The translations under genes and the position numbers were made by a program. From the NCBI GenBank assembly GCA_902787375.1, contig CADAGD010000020.1, positions 1 through 62,820 on the forward strand: a DNA stretch of 62,820 bases, written 5' to 3'. Position 1 is the stretch's first letter; each line of letters starts with the position of its first letter. This document shows positions 11,711-21,542 of the stretch, one piece after another. This stretch comes from an uncultured Eubacteriales bacterium. Lineage in GTDB: Bacteria > Bacillota > Clostridia > Christensenellales > CAG-138. The notes below the pieces were generated by a model. The model worked only from the letters and a program-made list of their open reading frames with translations. It was not told where the DNA came from and did not search any database.

Positions 11711-12505
11711 TCATATCCTGCCCATCAGGAAATACGATACTATCGCAACGGATTCCCTCATGTAGTCATTCAGCGCAAGGTACCAAACGCCCTTCGCGGG
11801 GATCCCTTCCGCCTCAATGCCCATCTTTGCCGCTACGCGCTCGGCACGGAAAACATGGAAGCCCGTCGTGACGAACACTATCGTCCCATCCTCCCCCATG
11901 CGCTCCTTAATGAGCTTCATGGAGAACGCAAAGTTTTCGGCGGTGCTTTCCGACTTCTCCTCCTTCATCACACGCTCGGAGGAAACGCCGTGCGCTATGA
12001 GATAATCGTACATTACCGAGGCTTCGGAGACTATCTCGTCATGTCCCTGACCTCCGCTGACGACGACCATTGTCTGAGGGTTGTCCTCCAGATACTCCAA
12101 CGCGGCGTCAAGTCTGTATTTAAGCGTCAGCGTGGGACTTGTTCCGCGGATGCCTCCGCCGAGGACTATAAGCACATCCGCGCCGTCCGCCGGAGCGGAG
12201 GAATTTATCAGTATGAGCGACGTCGTTATGGTGAATGTGAGTATGAACAGCCCATAGCAGGCAATGACCGCATATGCCAATGCCCTTGCCGCCCTCGAAC
12301 GCTTGCAGACAGCCATGAGCTTATTCATAAAGCAGCCCGCAAGTATCATAGGAACACCCAAAACAGCCGGGAGAAGCACTCCAAAATTGACGCCGCTGCG
12401 CGTCAGGACAAACATTGTATCTGCGACGAGCAGCAATCCGATAACAACGAGTATCGCTCGAATCACAGCTTGCTTTAAGACTTTTTTCAAATCATTATTC
12501 CTCAT
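11711..12505 (-). CDS. YdcF/ElyC/SanA (DUF218) family membrane protein
   Basis: N-terminal TM helices, then IVLGGG, VSGGQG..E..SEA, EEKSESTAEN and VTTGFHVFRA. Confidence 0.9.
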   Translation of the reverse strand: MRNNDLKKVLKQAVIRAILVVIGLLLVADTMFVLTRSGVNFGVLLPAVLGVPMILAGCFMNKLMAVCKRSRAARALAYAVIACYGLFILTFTITTSLILINSSAPADGADVLIVLGGGIRGTSPTLTLKYRLDAALEYLEDNPQTMVVVSGGQGHDEIVSEASVMYDYLIAHGVSSERVMKEEKSESTAENFAFSMKLIKERMGEDGTIVFVTTGFHVFRAERVAAKMGIEAEGIPAKGVWYLALNDYMRESVAIVSYFLMGRI

Positions 12506-12579
12506 ATTCCATATGATACGACAAATCAGCGTGTTTGTCAAATGTTCCGTCTTGCTGACATAAAATCGTTCAAAGCACG

Positions 12580-13055
12580 TCACTCATTGTATTCATTGCC
12601 CACATCCGCGCCGAGGTCACAGGTGAAAAGAAACTCTATGTGGGGAAAACCCCGTTCACCCTGTACTCCCAACCGCTCATCGGCCCGCAATCGAACTCAT
12701 ACAGATTGTTTATGCCCTCGACATATGCCGTTCCGAACGCCGGCACAAACTCCGCCTCGATATGTATATTGCGCGCAAGCAGCTCCCTCAGCATTATATC
12801 GTAAACAGAATCCCCGTCCTCGAACCCGACCGTGACCTTGGGAAGTATTATCCCGTCTTCCGGGACAAGCTCGACTTTATCGGGGTTGAGCATATCCATG
12901 TTTTTGAGGATGCTCTTGCAATCTATGTACAGCGTGCAATGCAGGCTGTAATCGTCCCTGACCTCCGGCTTGGCGCATGAAACCATGAACGCCGCCATGA
13001 GCATCAGAATCACAAGCCGAACAATGCTTGCTGTCTTAAAACTACTTCTTCGCAT
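12580..13055 (-). pseudogene. DUF4430 (transcobalamin beta-domain-like) lipoprotein, frameshifted near the C-terminus
   Basis: Lipobox MVSC; YVEGINNLYEFDCGPMSGWEYRVNGVFP, then a stop at 12636. The expected tail IEFLFTCDLGADVG continues in another frame to 12580. Confidence 0.75.
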
Positions 13056-14490
13056 TTGCTCTCCTTACGATTACCGTGACCAATCCCGCTGACAGCATGA
13101 ATGCAGCCGCCGCTATTATGATGGTTTTGAGTGCGGAATCCGGCGCATGTCCGTTATTCCCGTCTTGCTCCGCCTTCTGCGAGGAAAGGACTCCATCGGT
13201 CTTTCCGGCATTTTCGTTGTTTTCGGTGCTTTCGGCTATTGCGTTGCTTTCGGTACTTGCCGCGCTTTCCGTTTCCGAAGGGGCTGTCTCCGTCAACGGC
13301 TCCGCGCTGTACGTCGGTTCCGCGCTCTCCGGCTGCTGAGTTTCATATGCCGTCGGTTCCGCGGACTTGAGAGCCTCGGTTGCCGCCGCCTTTTCCGTCG
13401 GCATTGGGGTTTCGTCGGTCTTAGGCTGCGCGGTCGGCTTCGGCGTCGCAGACGGCTTCGGCGTCGCGGTCGGCTTCGGAGTTGCGGTCGGCTTCGGCGT
13501 CGCGGTCGGCTTCGGAGTTGCGGTCGGCTTGGGCGTACTGCCTATAAAGCTGACGTCATTCATATCATACAAGTCCCTTCTGCCGTTTCTCATCCTGTCA
13601 TATGCGCAAAGGGCATATGCCGCCTGTTCGCTCGCCATTCTGTTGACCGAGCCTCCGCTCATATGTGCAAAGCCGCTCCCCATGTGGTACTCTATTAATG
13701 CCGCAAGGAGCGATTTACCGTTCTTTACAAAGCGGGAATCCCTGTCGGCGTCGATGCCGATCGTGGAAAGCGCGACAACGACCTGAGCGCAGCTTTCGCA
13801 TGTGGAATTGCCCGTGGTTGCAAAGCCTCCGTCGGGAAGCTGCATATCCGAAAGCTTTGAAACCGCCCTGCCTATCGCCTGTGACGCCTTTGAATACGGC
13901 GCGAGCGCGGTTATAACCGCCGCTGTCACATCGGGGTCAGCTTTATTTCCGAGCGACCAGCCGCCGCCATCAAGCTCTCTGGCTATGAGGAAATCCACAT
14001 ACGCATTCCTTGTACTGCCGTATCCGTATGCGGAATTGGAGCCAAGCGCAAGCAGCGCGTACGCGACGCCCGTGGTGCCCTGTCTTTTTACAAAGCTCTG
14101 CTCTGTCAGCGGCTCCAATATATTGTAACCCGCCACATTTCGCGCGTCCCTGCCAATCGAAGTCAGCGCAATGGCAAGGCGGGAGTTATCGGTCGCCTTA
14201 TTGGGGTTCATCTTTGGACTGCCAATGCTCCCGACATAAGCCTCTATGCTCTCGTAATAGGCTTTGCAGTACCCGCTCGTCGGGCTTACCCTTGACGCTC
14301 TTGCGAGTGTGAATACCGCCCATTCCCCTCCGACCGAGCCGAATGAGGGCGTTGCTTCCGCAACATAGCTCAATACGGCGGAGTATGGGCCTTGATAGTC
14401 CGTCGCGGCGTATGAGTAAAGCGGCGCCGCCGCCAATAAAACGATGGCAAGCAGCGCCGTTGTAATTCTTCTGAATGCGTTTTTTATCAT
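13042..14490 (-). CDS. Secreted alpha/alpha-barrel (prenyltransferase/squalene-oxidase repeat) protein with a PT linker and C-terminal TM anchor
   Basis: Signal peptide; ELDGGGW, DPDVTAAVITAL, QLPDGGF, ESCAQVVVAL; (TPKPTA)n linker; TM followed by RRANAKK. Confidence 0.8.
   Translation of the reverse strand: MIKNAFRRITTALLAIVLLAAAPLYSYAATDYQGPYSAVLSYVAEATPSFGSVGGEWAVFTLARASRVSPTSGYCKAYYESIEAYVGSIGSPKMNPNKATDNSRLAIALTSIGRDARNVAGYNILEPLTEQSFVKRQGTTGVAYALLALGSNSAYGYGSTRNAYVDFLIARELDGGGWSLGNKADPDVTAAVITALAPYSKASQAIGRAVSKLSDMQLPDGGFATTGNSTCESCAQVVVALSTIGIDADRDSRFVKNGKSLLAALIEYHMGSGFAHMSGGSVNRMASEQAAYALCAYDRMRNGRRDLYDMNDVSFIGSTPKPTATPKPTATPKPTATPKPTATPKPSATPKPTAQPKTDETPMPTEKAAATEALKSAEPTAYETQQPESAEPTYSAEPLTETAPSETESAASTESNAIAESTENNENAGKTDGVLSSQKAEQDGNNGHAPDSALKTIIIAAAAFMLSAGLVTVIVRRANAKK
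13428..13534 (-). repeat. 18-bp coding tandem repeat (TPKPTA x6)
   Basis: Repeated GCGGTCGGCTTCGG(C/A)GT(C/T) units. Confidence 0.85.
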
Positions 14491-15488
14491 GCTAATGTAT
14501 TGCGCAGAACGAGCAGCGCGTCGGTCATGTTAACGCTTCCGTCGCCGTTCACGTCGGCAAGCTCCATAGCCCTATCGCTCAGCTTTTCGATGCCCATGGC
14601 GGCACGCATGATGGAAAGAGCGTCGGAAATATCCAGCACGCCGTCCATATTGACGTCGCCGGACTCGTATTCGTTGGTATCCAGAACCTCAAGCAGCGCG
14701 GCAAGCGTGCTGTCTATCTCCTCCTGAGTGGCTTCGGGATCATAGAAAGCCATGATGAAATCAACTACTTCCTCATATTCGTTCTCAGTCAAAAGCTCCA
14801 TAAGCTCCTCGTCGGCGTCTATGAGAGCAATCATCCTTGAAGCCTCGGTTCTGTCAACACCCTCCATGGGGTTGTTGAACGCGGGGAAGCAGCCCCAGCC
14901 ATCGCTTATACCGTAATCCATGCCCCATCCGTATATGGTGAATATCCATGTATACACGCTGCCTATTGTGACTGTCACATCATCGGCAGTTGAGGGAATC
15001 GAAACATTATCCTCAAGCAGCATCCAGCCGGAGAGGGTGCAGTATTCAAACTCGGAGAGCATCTCGTCATCGACATATGTTCCTGTCCACTCGCCGAGAT
15101 TGTAGCCGAGGTTCTCCTCCGCCCATGCGGGATACGCCTCTATCTGCTCCATGAGATAATCGGGAACACAGGGTTCCTTCTCATAGCAGCCTATGCCGGA
15201 AAGATAATATCCGTACTCACCTGTACCCGAATTATAGCTCCAGCCGAGCATATCAAACGCCCTTGTCGTCATTTCCGCAAGCGATTCGCCCTCATGTACG
15301 GGAATGAGAACAGGGTCTATGATGTATGTCCAACCCATTGTCAGGGCGGATACGGCAAATGTTACATAGCCGTCATATCCTTCGGGAACTTCGGGATACT
15401 CAGGTGATACCGCCGCGAACGCAGGCAGGCACACACACAGCATGGCAGTCATAACAACTGCCGCAATGATACGCTTGAAAGTCTTCAT
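14487..15488 (-). CDS. Secreted DUF4430-like protein with a C-terminal dockerin
   Basis: Signal peptide; YYLSGI, LSEFEYCTLSGWM and YTWIFTIYGWGMD. Duplicated Ca-binding loops GDVNMDGVLDISDAL / ADVNGDGSVNMTDAL. Confidence 0.8.
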   Translation of the reverse strand: MKTFKRIIAAVVMTAMLCVCLPAFAAVSPEYPEVPEGYDGYVTFAVSALTMGWTYIIDPVLIPVHEGESLAEMTTRAFDMLGWSYNSGTGEYGYYLSGIGCYEKEPCVPDYLMEQIEAYPAWAEENLGYNLGEWTGTYVDDEMLSEFEYCTLSGWMLLEDNVSIPSTADDVTVTIGSVYTWIFTIYGWGMDYGISDGWGCFPAFNNPMEGVDRTEASRMIALIDADEELMELLTENEYEEVVDFIMAFYDPEATQEEIDSTLAALLEVLDTNEYESGDVNMDGVLDISDALSIMRAAMGIEKLSDRAMELADVNGDGSVNMTDALLVLRNTLA

Positions 15489-15519
15489 GTTAAATAAAAC
15501 CTCCTGTTTTTATGTTTAA

Positions 15520-15548
15520 AATATACCACTTAACATGCGATTTGTCAA
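15520..15548 (-). promoter_or_regulatory. sigma-A promoter of the DUF4430-dockerin operon
   Basis: TTGACA-N17-TATATT with TG; only about 25 nt of 5' UTR. Confidence 0.65.
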
Positions 15549-15563
15549 CATATCCCGCCTTTT

Positions 15564-16226
15564 TTACGCCGACAGCACCTCCGCCGCGATATGGTTGTGT
15601 CCGATAAGAAGCACCGCCGCGAGCGCAAGTGCCATAATCAATATGGAAACCGCCGATACATACCATCTTCCCTTATCGTTAAAATGATAAAAGTCCTTCC
15701 AGCCTCCTCCGCCTTCGCCCCTGACCATGACCATATAATAGTAAAGCACGGAGTATATAAGCACCGGTACGGCGGCTATTATGATGACCTCCAAGCCGAG
15801 CTTTTCTCCCCTGTCAAAGCATACAAACGATACGAGCGCAAGCAGAGGGGATATGAGATGCAGATAGAGGCTGTTGCCCTCTATCATGAATTTCAAGCCC
15901 GTTGAGGGAACGAATATGAACATGACGACCGAAAATGTTACCATAACCGCAACGGTTCCCACATGATACAAAAGCGTCGCCCAATAGGGTATGCCCACGG
16001 ACGGGTCGATTGCCTTTCTTATACTGTAAACAAGCGTTATCGCGGCGGCTGTTGCCATCAGCATATTGGAATCAACGGTGAAATACTTGAAAGCATCCGT
16101 CTTTCTCACTTTCATGTTTCCCCTGCCTCCGACGGTAAAGAAGCCTATCAGCGATTTGACCATGAATAACACTATCAGCAGGTTGCTCAAAAGCGAACAG
16201 TAATTCATTATTAATCCCGTATTCAT
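15564..16226 (-). CDS. Integral membrane protein (Pr6Pr/FAR-17a-like)
   Basis: About 6 TM helices; FKYFTVDSN, LYLHLISPLL and WKDFYHF motifs. Confidence 0.7.
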   Translation of the reverse strand: MNTGLIMNYCSLLSNLLIVLFMVKSLIGFFTVGGRGNMKVRKTDAFKYFTVDSNMLMATAAAITLVYSIRKAIDPSVGIPYWATLLYHVGTVAVMVTFSVVMFIFVPSTGLKFMIEGNSLYLHLISPLLALVSFVCFDRGEKLGLEVIIIAAVPVLIYSVLYYYMVMVRGEGGGGWKDFYHFNDKGRWYVSAVSILIMALALAAVLLIGHNHIAAEVLSA

Positions 16227-16319
16227 AAAAGAAACATACCCCCTTTATTATAATTGCGGAGCCAGCATAACCCAAAAGTTAATGAAGGCTCCGCAAAAGC
16301 AATTATTCATTATTCAATA

Positions 16320-18971
16320 TCAAAACTGCTCAGCCTCTGTCCAGAACTCGTTGGCGAACATATCTGTCAGGCAGTATGTCACAAGGCACTTGGCGTCGCC
16401 TATTTCGACATTGGACACCTCGATATCGCCCTTGACTATGATGGGTTCGCCGAAGTAATAGCTGGCATTGTACTCCTTGTCGTAGGAATAGTAATCGCAC
16501 AGGAACTCCAGCTTATCGCCGTCCTTCAGCTCTACAAGGCCCCTTGCTATGGTATCGGTCTCATCATTTGTATAGATGTACCTTGCGCCGATAACATAGC
16601 CGTACTCGTTCTCCTCCTTTTCATCGTCGAAGGCGATCATTATATCGACGCGCTCGCCGTTAAGCATGGCTGGAACCCTGCCAATGTAGGCGTAATGCTC
16701 GCCGTCATGGGCTTCGCTTACCACATAGTACGGCACGACCTGACCGTCAAGCGCAAGCCATGTGCGGTCGTAATCTATCTTGAGATCGCCGTCCTTGTCA
16801 AACTCATACACGTTATCCATGCCGAGGTCAATATAGCCCTCGCCGTCGTCGAGGAACACGTTCAGACGCACGTTTTCAACAAGGCTCCACTTCGCACCGA
16901 GTGACAGCACCTTGCCGCCGTCCTTTTCGGTCAGGAGCATATCATTGGAATAGATGGCATTATCATCGTAATAGTCGAGATTCTGCAATACCCTGCCGCT
17001 GTCGAACCAATCGGAAGAGCCGCCGAGTATTGTCGAGAGCAGATCGCCGCCGCTTCCGCTTCCGCTGCCGCCAAGCAGGAGGGACAGCAGGTCGGACGCG
17101 GAGGAGCCGCTTCCGCCAAGCTCACCAAACAGGGAGCCTATCGGAGATGATGTGCCGCCCGTTGCTATCTGACCGCCTGCCGCAAGGCTCGCAAAGCTCC
17201 TCAGACAGGCAGAGTAGTCGGAATCCATGCCTATGGAGTTATAAAGCGATACGGCGGAGTTGACTCCGGAGAAGCTTGTGAACGGGAAGTATATCGACAT
17301 ACCATAGGAGTTTGTCATCGACCTTGAAGTACGGTTGTACTTTATGCAGCCCTTGAGCGCGTCAGCAAGGTTCTGAGCGTCCTGTGTTCCAATGCGGCTC
17401 GCAAGATGTATAAGATCAACATGGTTGATGCCGGAGGAGGCTCCAAACTCCCTTGCCCCGCTTCTGGCGTCAGCGACCACCTCATACTCGCTGCCGTCAA
17501 GCATATCTCCGATATTGGAGGCAAACTTGTTGAACGCTTCGGGAACCGTACCCGCGAACTCGGCAAGGTCAACTATTGAGAGCGTAGTGCTGTCGCCCGC
17601 GTTGTTCTTCTTGCAGACGTCGTTGAAGTCGTCGATTATGGTCTTGGCAAGCTCGACCGTCTTTATGGACGGGTTCTTGGAGAGCTTTGTGAGCCAGTTG
17701 GTATAGTACCAGCCGCAGCCGGGCTCGGTCTCCTCGGAGCCGATAAGATAATCGGCGTACTGCTCGGTAACTACCGCGGTTTCCATAGTAGCCATGAGGC
17801 AGGCGTCAAAGCCTATAAAATCGAACTTTACACCGCCGTTCTTCAACGCCTTGTTTATCTTATCAAGCGTCATGGAGCCGGAATGCTTCTGGTCGTAACC
17901 GTAGCCGGAAAGCGATCCTCCGCCATGATCCCAGAGTATCAGCATATTGCGGTTAGCGGGATATTTGCTGCTGCAATACCTTATAAACTCGGTAAGCGTG
18001 GCAGGATCGGTCATGGACTTGTTGCCGACGTCCTTCTCAAGGCACTCGATACCGCCGTTTCTGACCCTGTAAATCTGATTGGTGGTATTGGAGATGACCG
18101 AGTTCTTCCACTGCTTGGTGCCGCCCGTTTCGACGATTATGTTCAGATGCTCGTCGTTGAGCGTCGCGTGCAGCATCTCATTCAGGTCATTGGTCGCCAT
18201 GCCGTACTTGGACTCAAGGTCCGTACCGCAAAGGTAAACCATAACCGTTACCTCATCATTTCCGCCGCCCTTGATTGTGGTATACCTGCTCCTTGCGGCG
18301 TTGGAAACGGTGGTGTCAAGATTTGAGGTTGAGGTGCTCGCGCTTATGGCAACGGGCGCGGAAGCATCGGACAGCGAGAAATTATCATATCCCGTCGATA
18401 TGGTCTGCGAGAAGTTTTCAAGCCCTCCAAGTCCGCCGGAGCCGCCTTCTCCGAGTATATCGCTCAAGCCGGAGCAGTTCCCACCGAATGTTTTAAACAC
18501 GATTATAACCGCCAGAATCACGAGCGCGATCTTGATTATCTTTCCAAGCCCGCTGCCCGAACTGCCTGAGCTGCTTGAGGATGAATGCCCGCTGCTCTGG
18601 GAGCCTCCCAAAAGGCTTCCTATAAGATTGGGGGCTGAATTTGAGGAATTGTTGTTATTGCCGCCTGCCGCGTTCGACGCCATGCCGCTTATGACCGCGC
18701 CGATTATATCCGTGCCAAGCCCGCGATCATCCTGAGAGCCGTTATTGCCATGCGCGTTCTGCTGGCTCGAACCGTGCTGACTTCCGCCATGATGCGCTCC
18801 CTGCGGGTTTATCCCGCTCTGGTGCGCGTTATGCGTCTGCTCATGCCTACCGGCATAACCGTCCTGACGACCTACCGGGCCGTTCGTTTCAGCTCTGCCG
18901 GTTTTGCCGACATTTCCATTCCCTTGGGTGACACGCTTTTTTCTGCCACCCGAATTTGGTGTGTTATTCAT
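16320..18971 (-). CDS. Membrane-anchored clostripain-family (C11) cysteine peptidase
   Basis: MVYLCGTDLES, catalytic WDHGGG and FDACLM, GSEETEPG. Low-complexity N-terminus followed by one TM helix. Confidence 0.9.
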   Translation of the reverse strand: MNNTPNSGGRKKRVTQGNGNVGKTGRAETNGPVGRQDGYAGRHEQTHNAHQSGINPQGAHHGGSQHGSSQQNAHGNNGSQDDRGLGTDIIGAVISGMASNAAGGNNNNSSNSAPNLIGSLLGGSQSSGHSSSSSSGSSGSGLGKIIKIALVILAVIIVFKTFGGNCSGLSDILGEGGSGGLGGLENFSQTISTGYDNFSLSDASAPVAISASTSTSNLDTTVSNAARSRYTTIKGGGNDEVTVMVYLCGTDLESKYGMATNDLNEMLHATLNDEHLNIIVETGGTKQWKNSVISNTTNQIYRVRNGGIECLEKDVGNKSMTDPATLTEFIRYCSSKYPANRNMLILWDHGGGSLSGYGYDQKHSGSMTLDKINKALKNGGVKFDFIGFDACLMATMETAVVTEQYADYLIGSEETEPGCGWYYTNWLTKLSKNPSIKTVELAKTIIDDFNDVCKKNNAGDSTTLSIVDLAEFAGTVPEAFNKFASNIGDMLDGSEYEVVADARSGAREFGASSGINHVDLIHLASRIGTQDAQNLADALKGCIKYNRTSRSMTNSYGMSIYFPFTSFSGVNSAVSLYNSIGMDSDYSACLRSFASLAAGGQIATGGTSSPIGSLFGELGGSGSSASDLLSLLLGGSGSGSGGDLLSTILGGSSDWFDSGRVLQNLDYYDDNAIYSNDMLLTEKDGGKVLSLGAKWSLVENVRLNVFLDDGEGYIDLGMDNVYEFDKDGDLKIDYDRTWLALDGQVVPYYVVSEAHDGEHYAYIGRVPAMLNGERVDIMIAFDDEKEENEYGYVIGARYIYTNDETDTIARGLVELKDGDKLEFLCDYYSYDKEYNASYYFGEPIIVKGDIEVSNVEIGDAKCLVTYCLTDMFANEFWTEAEQF

Positions 18972-19073
18972 AGCATTTTTCTCCCATTTAGGATTTAGTG
19001 ATTTAATTATAACATATATCCGACAAAATTATAAGGGGGTATAAAAAATAATTCGAACACCTTAAAAGCCGCA

Positions 19074-19108
19074 AAACAGCCCTGAAGACACGGGCTTCGG
19101 GGCTGTTT
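19074..19108 (-). terminator. Intrinsic terminator downstream of cotJC
   Basis: AAACAGCCCTGAAG-N7-CTTCGGGGCTGTTT. Confidence 0.6.
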
Positions 19109-19203
19109 CATGGTCTTTCGCGCTCCGCCGTTTCATGCGGGCAATCATACGTTATCTATGTAAATCATGCCTTTGTCAAAAACTATGACGTGGCATGAGG
19201 GTT

Positions 19204-19788
19204 TTATTTGCAGAGCTTATTCTGTCTGCCGTTCGGATAGATCTCCTTGAGTATGTTCATGCACTCGGAGAACCTCTGGAAATGCACTACCTCACGTTCG
19301 CGCAGGAACCTGAGCGGGGCGAGATACTGCTCACAGTCGGTCTGGTTCATTATATGTTCATACGCCGCCCTTGCCTTCTGCTCTGCCGCAAGGTCCTCAT
19401 AAATATCCGCAATCGGGTCGCCCGTTGACTGGATATAGCTTGCCATGAACGGAACGCCGTTCGGATCGGACGGATACACGCCATGACCGTGCAGGGTGTA
19501 ATATCCGAGAAGCCCCGCCGCCTCAAGCGCGGAGAGGGACGCTCCCTCTATGGTCTGATGGATCATGGTTCCGATCATCTCCCAATGGGCGATCTCCTCG
19601 GTTCCTATGTCGTTCAGCGTCGCGCGCAGACGATCATCCGGCATTGTAAATCTCTGTGTTAGATAGCGCACGCCTGCCGAAAGCTCGCTGTCAGGGCCTC
19701 CATACTGCGCCATAAGCGCCTTAGCGATCCTCAGATCGGGATTTGTGATGTTGATTGGAAACTCCAGCTTTTTCTGATAAATCCACAT
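19204..19788 (-). CDS. cotJC: Manganese catalase family spore coat protein CotJC
   Basis: MWIYQKKLEFP, QYGGPDSE, DIGTEEIAHWEM, EDLAAEQKAR, FLREREVVHFQRF. Confidence 0.92.
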   Translation of the reverse strand: MWIYQKKLEFPINITNPDLRIAKALMAQYGGPDSELSAGVRYLTQRFTMPDDRLRATLNDIGTEEIAHWEMIGTMIHQTIEGASLSALEAAGLLGYYTLHGHGVYPSDPNGVPFMASYIQSTGDPIADIYEDLAAEQKARAAYEHIMNQTDCEQYLAPLRFLREREVVHFQRFSECMNILKEIYPNGRQNKLCK

Positions 19789-19803
19789 GAATTTTAGTCC
19801 TCC

Positions 19804-20049
19804 TTATCTCTTTTCCCAAGGCCATTCGGAGCATACCCAACAGCCCGTATTTGTCGGTGAATGACCGAAGCCCTGTAGGGGACCGTACTCCGCCTCATAC
19901 TGTGCTATAAGCTCCGCAAGCAGAGTCGAATAGCTGTAATAGTCATTCCTCGCATCCTGATCGGCAGGATGGGTGTCAAGGTATAGGTTCAGCTCAACGC
20001 ATACAAACTGTACCTCGCTGATCCTGTTTTGAAGTTCACACTGACTCAT
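19804..20049 (-). CDS. cotJB: Spore coat protein CotJB
   Basis: ELNLYLDTHP..., YEAEYGPL, WV...WPWE. Confidence 0.9.
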   Translation of the reverse strand: MSQCELQNRISEVQFVCVELNLYLDTHPADQDARNDYYSYSTLLAELIAQYEAEYGPLQGFGHSPTNTGCWVCSEWPWEKR

Positions 20050-20060
20050 CAAGCCACCTC

Positions 20061-20285
20061 CTAATATTCGCTTATCAGTTCGGGAAACATGGTTCCCTTT
20101 TCAAGCGCAAGTCCGGGACACAACCCCGCTGAATAATTTTGATTCACGGCGATCATCCTCGGAAGCTTAACCGACGCCGTTTCATAGCCGCATACGGCAA
20201 GATCGACCGAAACCTCACCTGCCGATACCGTTGTAAAACCGTCGCTGTTGCTCAAGTCCACGCGACATGTATTGCATTCACACAT
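20061..20285 (-). CDS. cotJA: Spore coat associated protein CotJA-like
   Basis: C-terminal ALEKGTMFPEL motif; first gene of the cotJ operon; AGGAGG RBS. Confidence 0.75.
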   Translation of the reverse strand: MCECNTCRVDLSNSDGFTTVSAGEVSVDLAVCGYETASVKLPRMIAVNQNYSAGLCPGLALEKGTMFPELISEY

Positions 20286-20313
20286 TGTTTTTGACCTCCT
20301 TGATGGATTTATA

Positions 20314-20342
20314 CATACTATGTCGAAAGCTGTCGATTGGTT
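20314..20342 (-). promoter_or_regulatory. Mother-cell sporulation sigma (SigK/SigE-like) promoter of cotJABC
   Basis: AACC-N16-CATAGTATG matches the mACm-N16-CATAnnnT consensus. Confidence 0.55.
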
Positions 20343-20512
20343 CATAGCGGCGGTAAAACAGCAGCCTGAGTTTCCGGCATTGTCTGCTGCCGAGCGTGTG
20401 CTGATTATATATTAAAAAATCGTCAAAGTTTTGGGAACCTGTGTGCGGTATTAACCGTTTTATATTTGGATGTTAAGACGTCCCGAATGAATAAAAAAGG
20501 AGAAACATCAGA

Positions 20513-21529
20513 ATGAAAAGGATAATATCACTCGCAATGGCCGCCGCTCTTGCAGCCTCCCTTGCCGCCTGTACGGTCAAGCCCGTAACTCCCGCAGACG
20601 CAACCGACGAACCCACAACCGAGCCCACCGAAGCCGTGACCGACGAGCCTTCAACCGAACCCACCGAAGCCGTGACCGACGAGCCTTCAACGGAGCCCAC
20701 CGAAACCGTTACCGCGGAAAGACCCTCCTGCGAATACTCCGAGTACCCGATCGTTGACGGCTCCACGGCAAACATTCCCATGGCACTTGGACTTGTCAAG
20801 CTCGTCACGGGCTGCTCCGACGACGACGCCGAAAACACCATAAACTTCTCCACCACCGATTATTCCTATGAGGCGCTTGCGGAAAAGCGCTGCGATATGC
20901 TGCTCGTCTATGAGGCAAGCCGTCCCACCAAGGAAAAATACGATCCCGAAAACAGCTTTGACATGCACCCCATCGGTCTGGACGCGCTTGTTTTCATAAC
21001 CAATAAGGACAACCCCGTCGATTCCCTGACGACCGAGGAGATACGCGGCATATTCAGCGGCGAAATCACCAACTGGAGCGAGGTCGGAGGTCTTGACGCT
21101 CCTATAACCGCTTTCCAGCGTCCTGAGCTTTCGGGCTCGCAGACCCTCATGCTCGACCTCTGCATGTGCGATGTTCCCATGGCTCCCGTTGAGAAGATAA
21201 CCGTATCCGAGAGCATGGCTGACGTCATAGACGATATTGCGGCATATGACAACACATCCAACGCCATCGGCTATTCCGTCTACTATTATGCCAAGAATAT
21301 GTACACCTACCCCAATCTCAAATTCATAACCGTTGAGGGCATAACTCCATCCAACGAAACCATAAACTCCGGCGAGTATCCATTCATCAACCCCTTCTAT
21401 GCCATACTGCCCAAAACCGACGCGAATCCCATCGCCTCCGAAATGGTCGCATGGCTCGAATCCGCCGAGGGACAGTCCTTCGTATCCCAATGCGGTTACG
21501 TTCCCTGCATGAAGGGCATAGTCAAATAA
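20513..21529 (+). CDS. PstS-like phosphate-binding lipoprotein (PBP superfamily)
   Basis: Lipobox LAAC; TEP repeats; IVDGSTA, IGLDALVFITN, IFSGEITNWSEVGG, QRPELSGSQT. Confidence 0.85.
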   Translation: MKRIISLAMAAALAASLAACTVKPVTPADATDEPTTEPTEAVTDEPSTEPTEAVTDEPSTEPTETVTAERPSCEYSEYPIVDGSTANIPMALGLVKLVTGCSDDDAENTINFSTTDYSYEALAEKRCDMLLVYEASRPTKEKYDPENSFDMHPIGLDALVFITNKDNPVDSLTTEEIRGIFSGEITNWSEVGGLDAPITAFQRPELSGSQTLMLDLCMCDVPMAPVEKITVSESMADVIDDIAAYDNTSNAIGYSVYYYAKNMYTYPNLKFITVEGITPSNETINSGEYPFINPFYAILPKTDANPIASEMVAWLESAEGQSFVSQCGYVPCMKGIVK

Positions 21530-21542
21530 AAGGAGCGAATCT

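Noticed and set aside
15489-15563. Cobalamin riboswitch ahead of the DUF4430 operon
   Set aside because: The intergenic region is only 75 bp with the promoter about 30 bp from the start codon; no B12-box.
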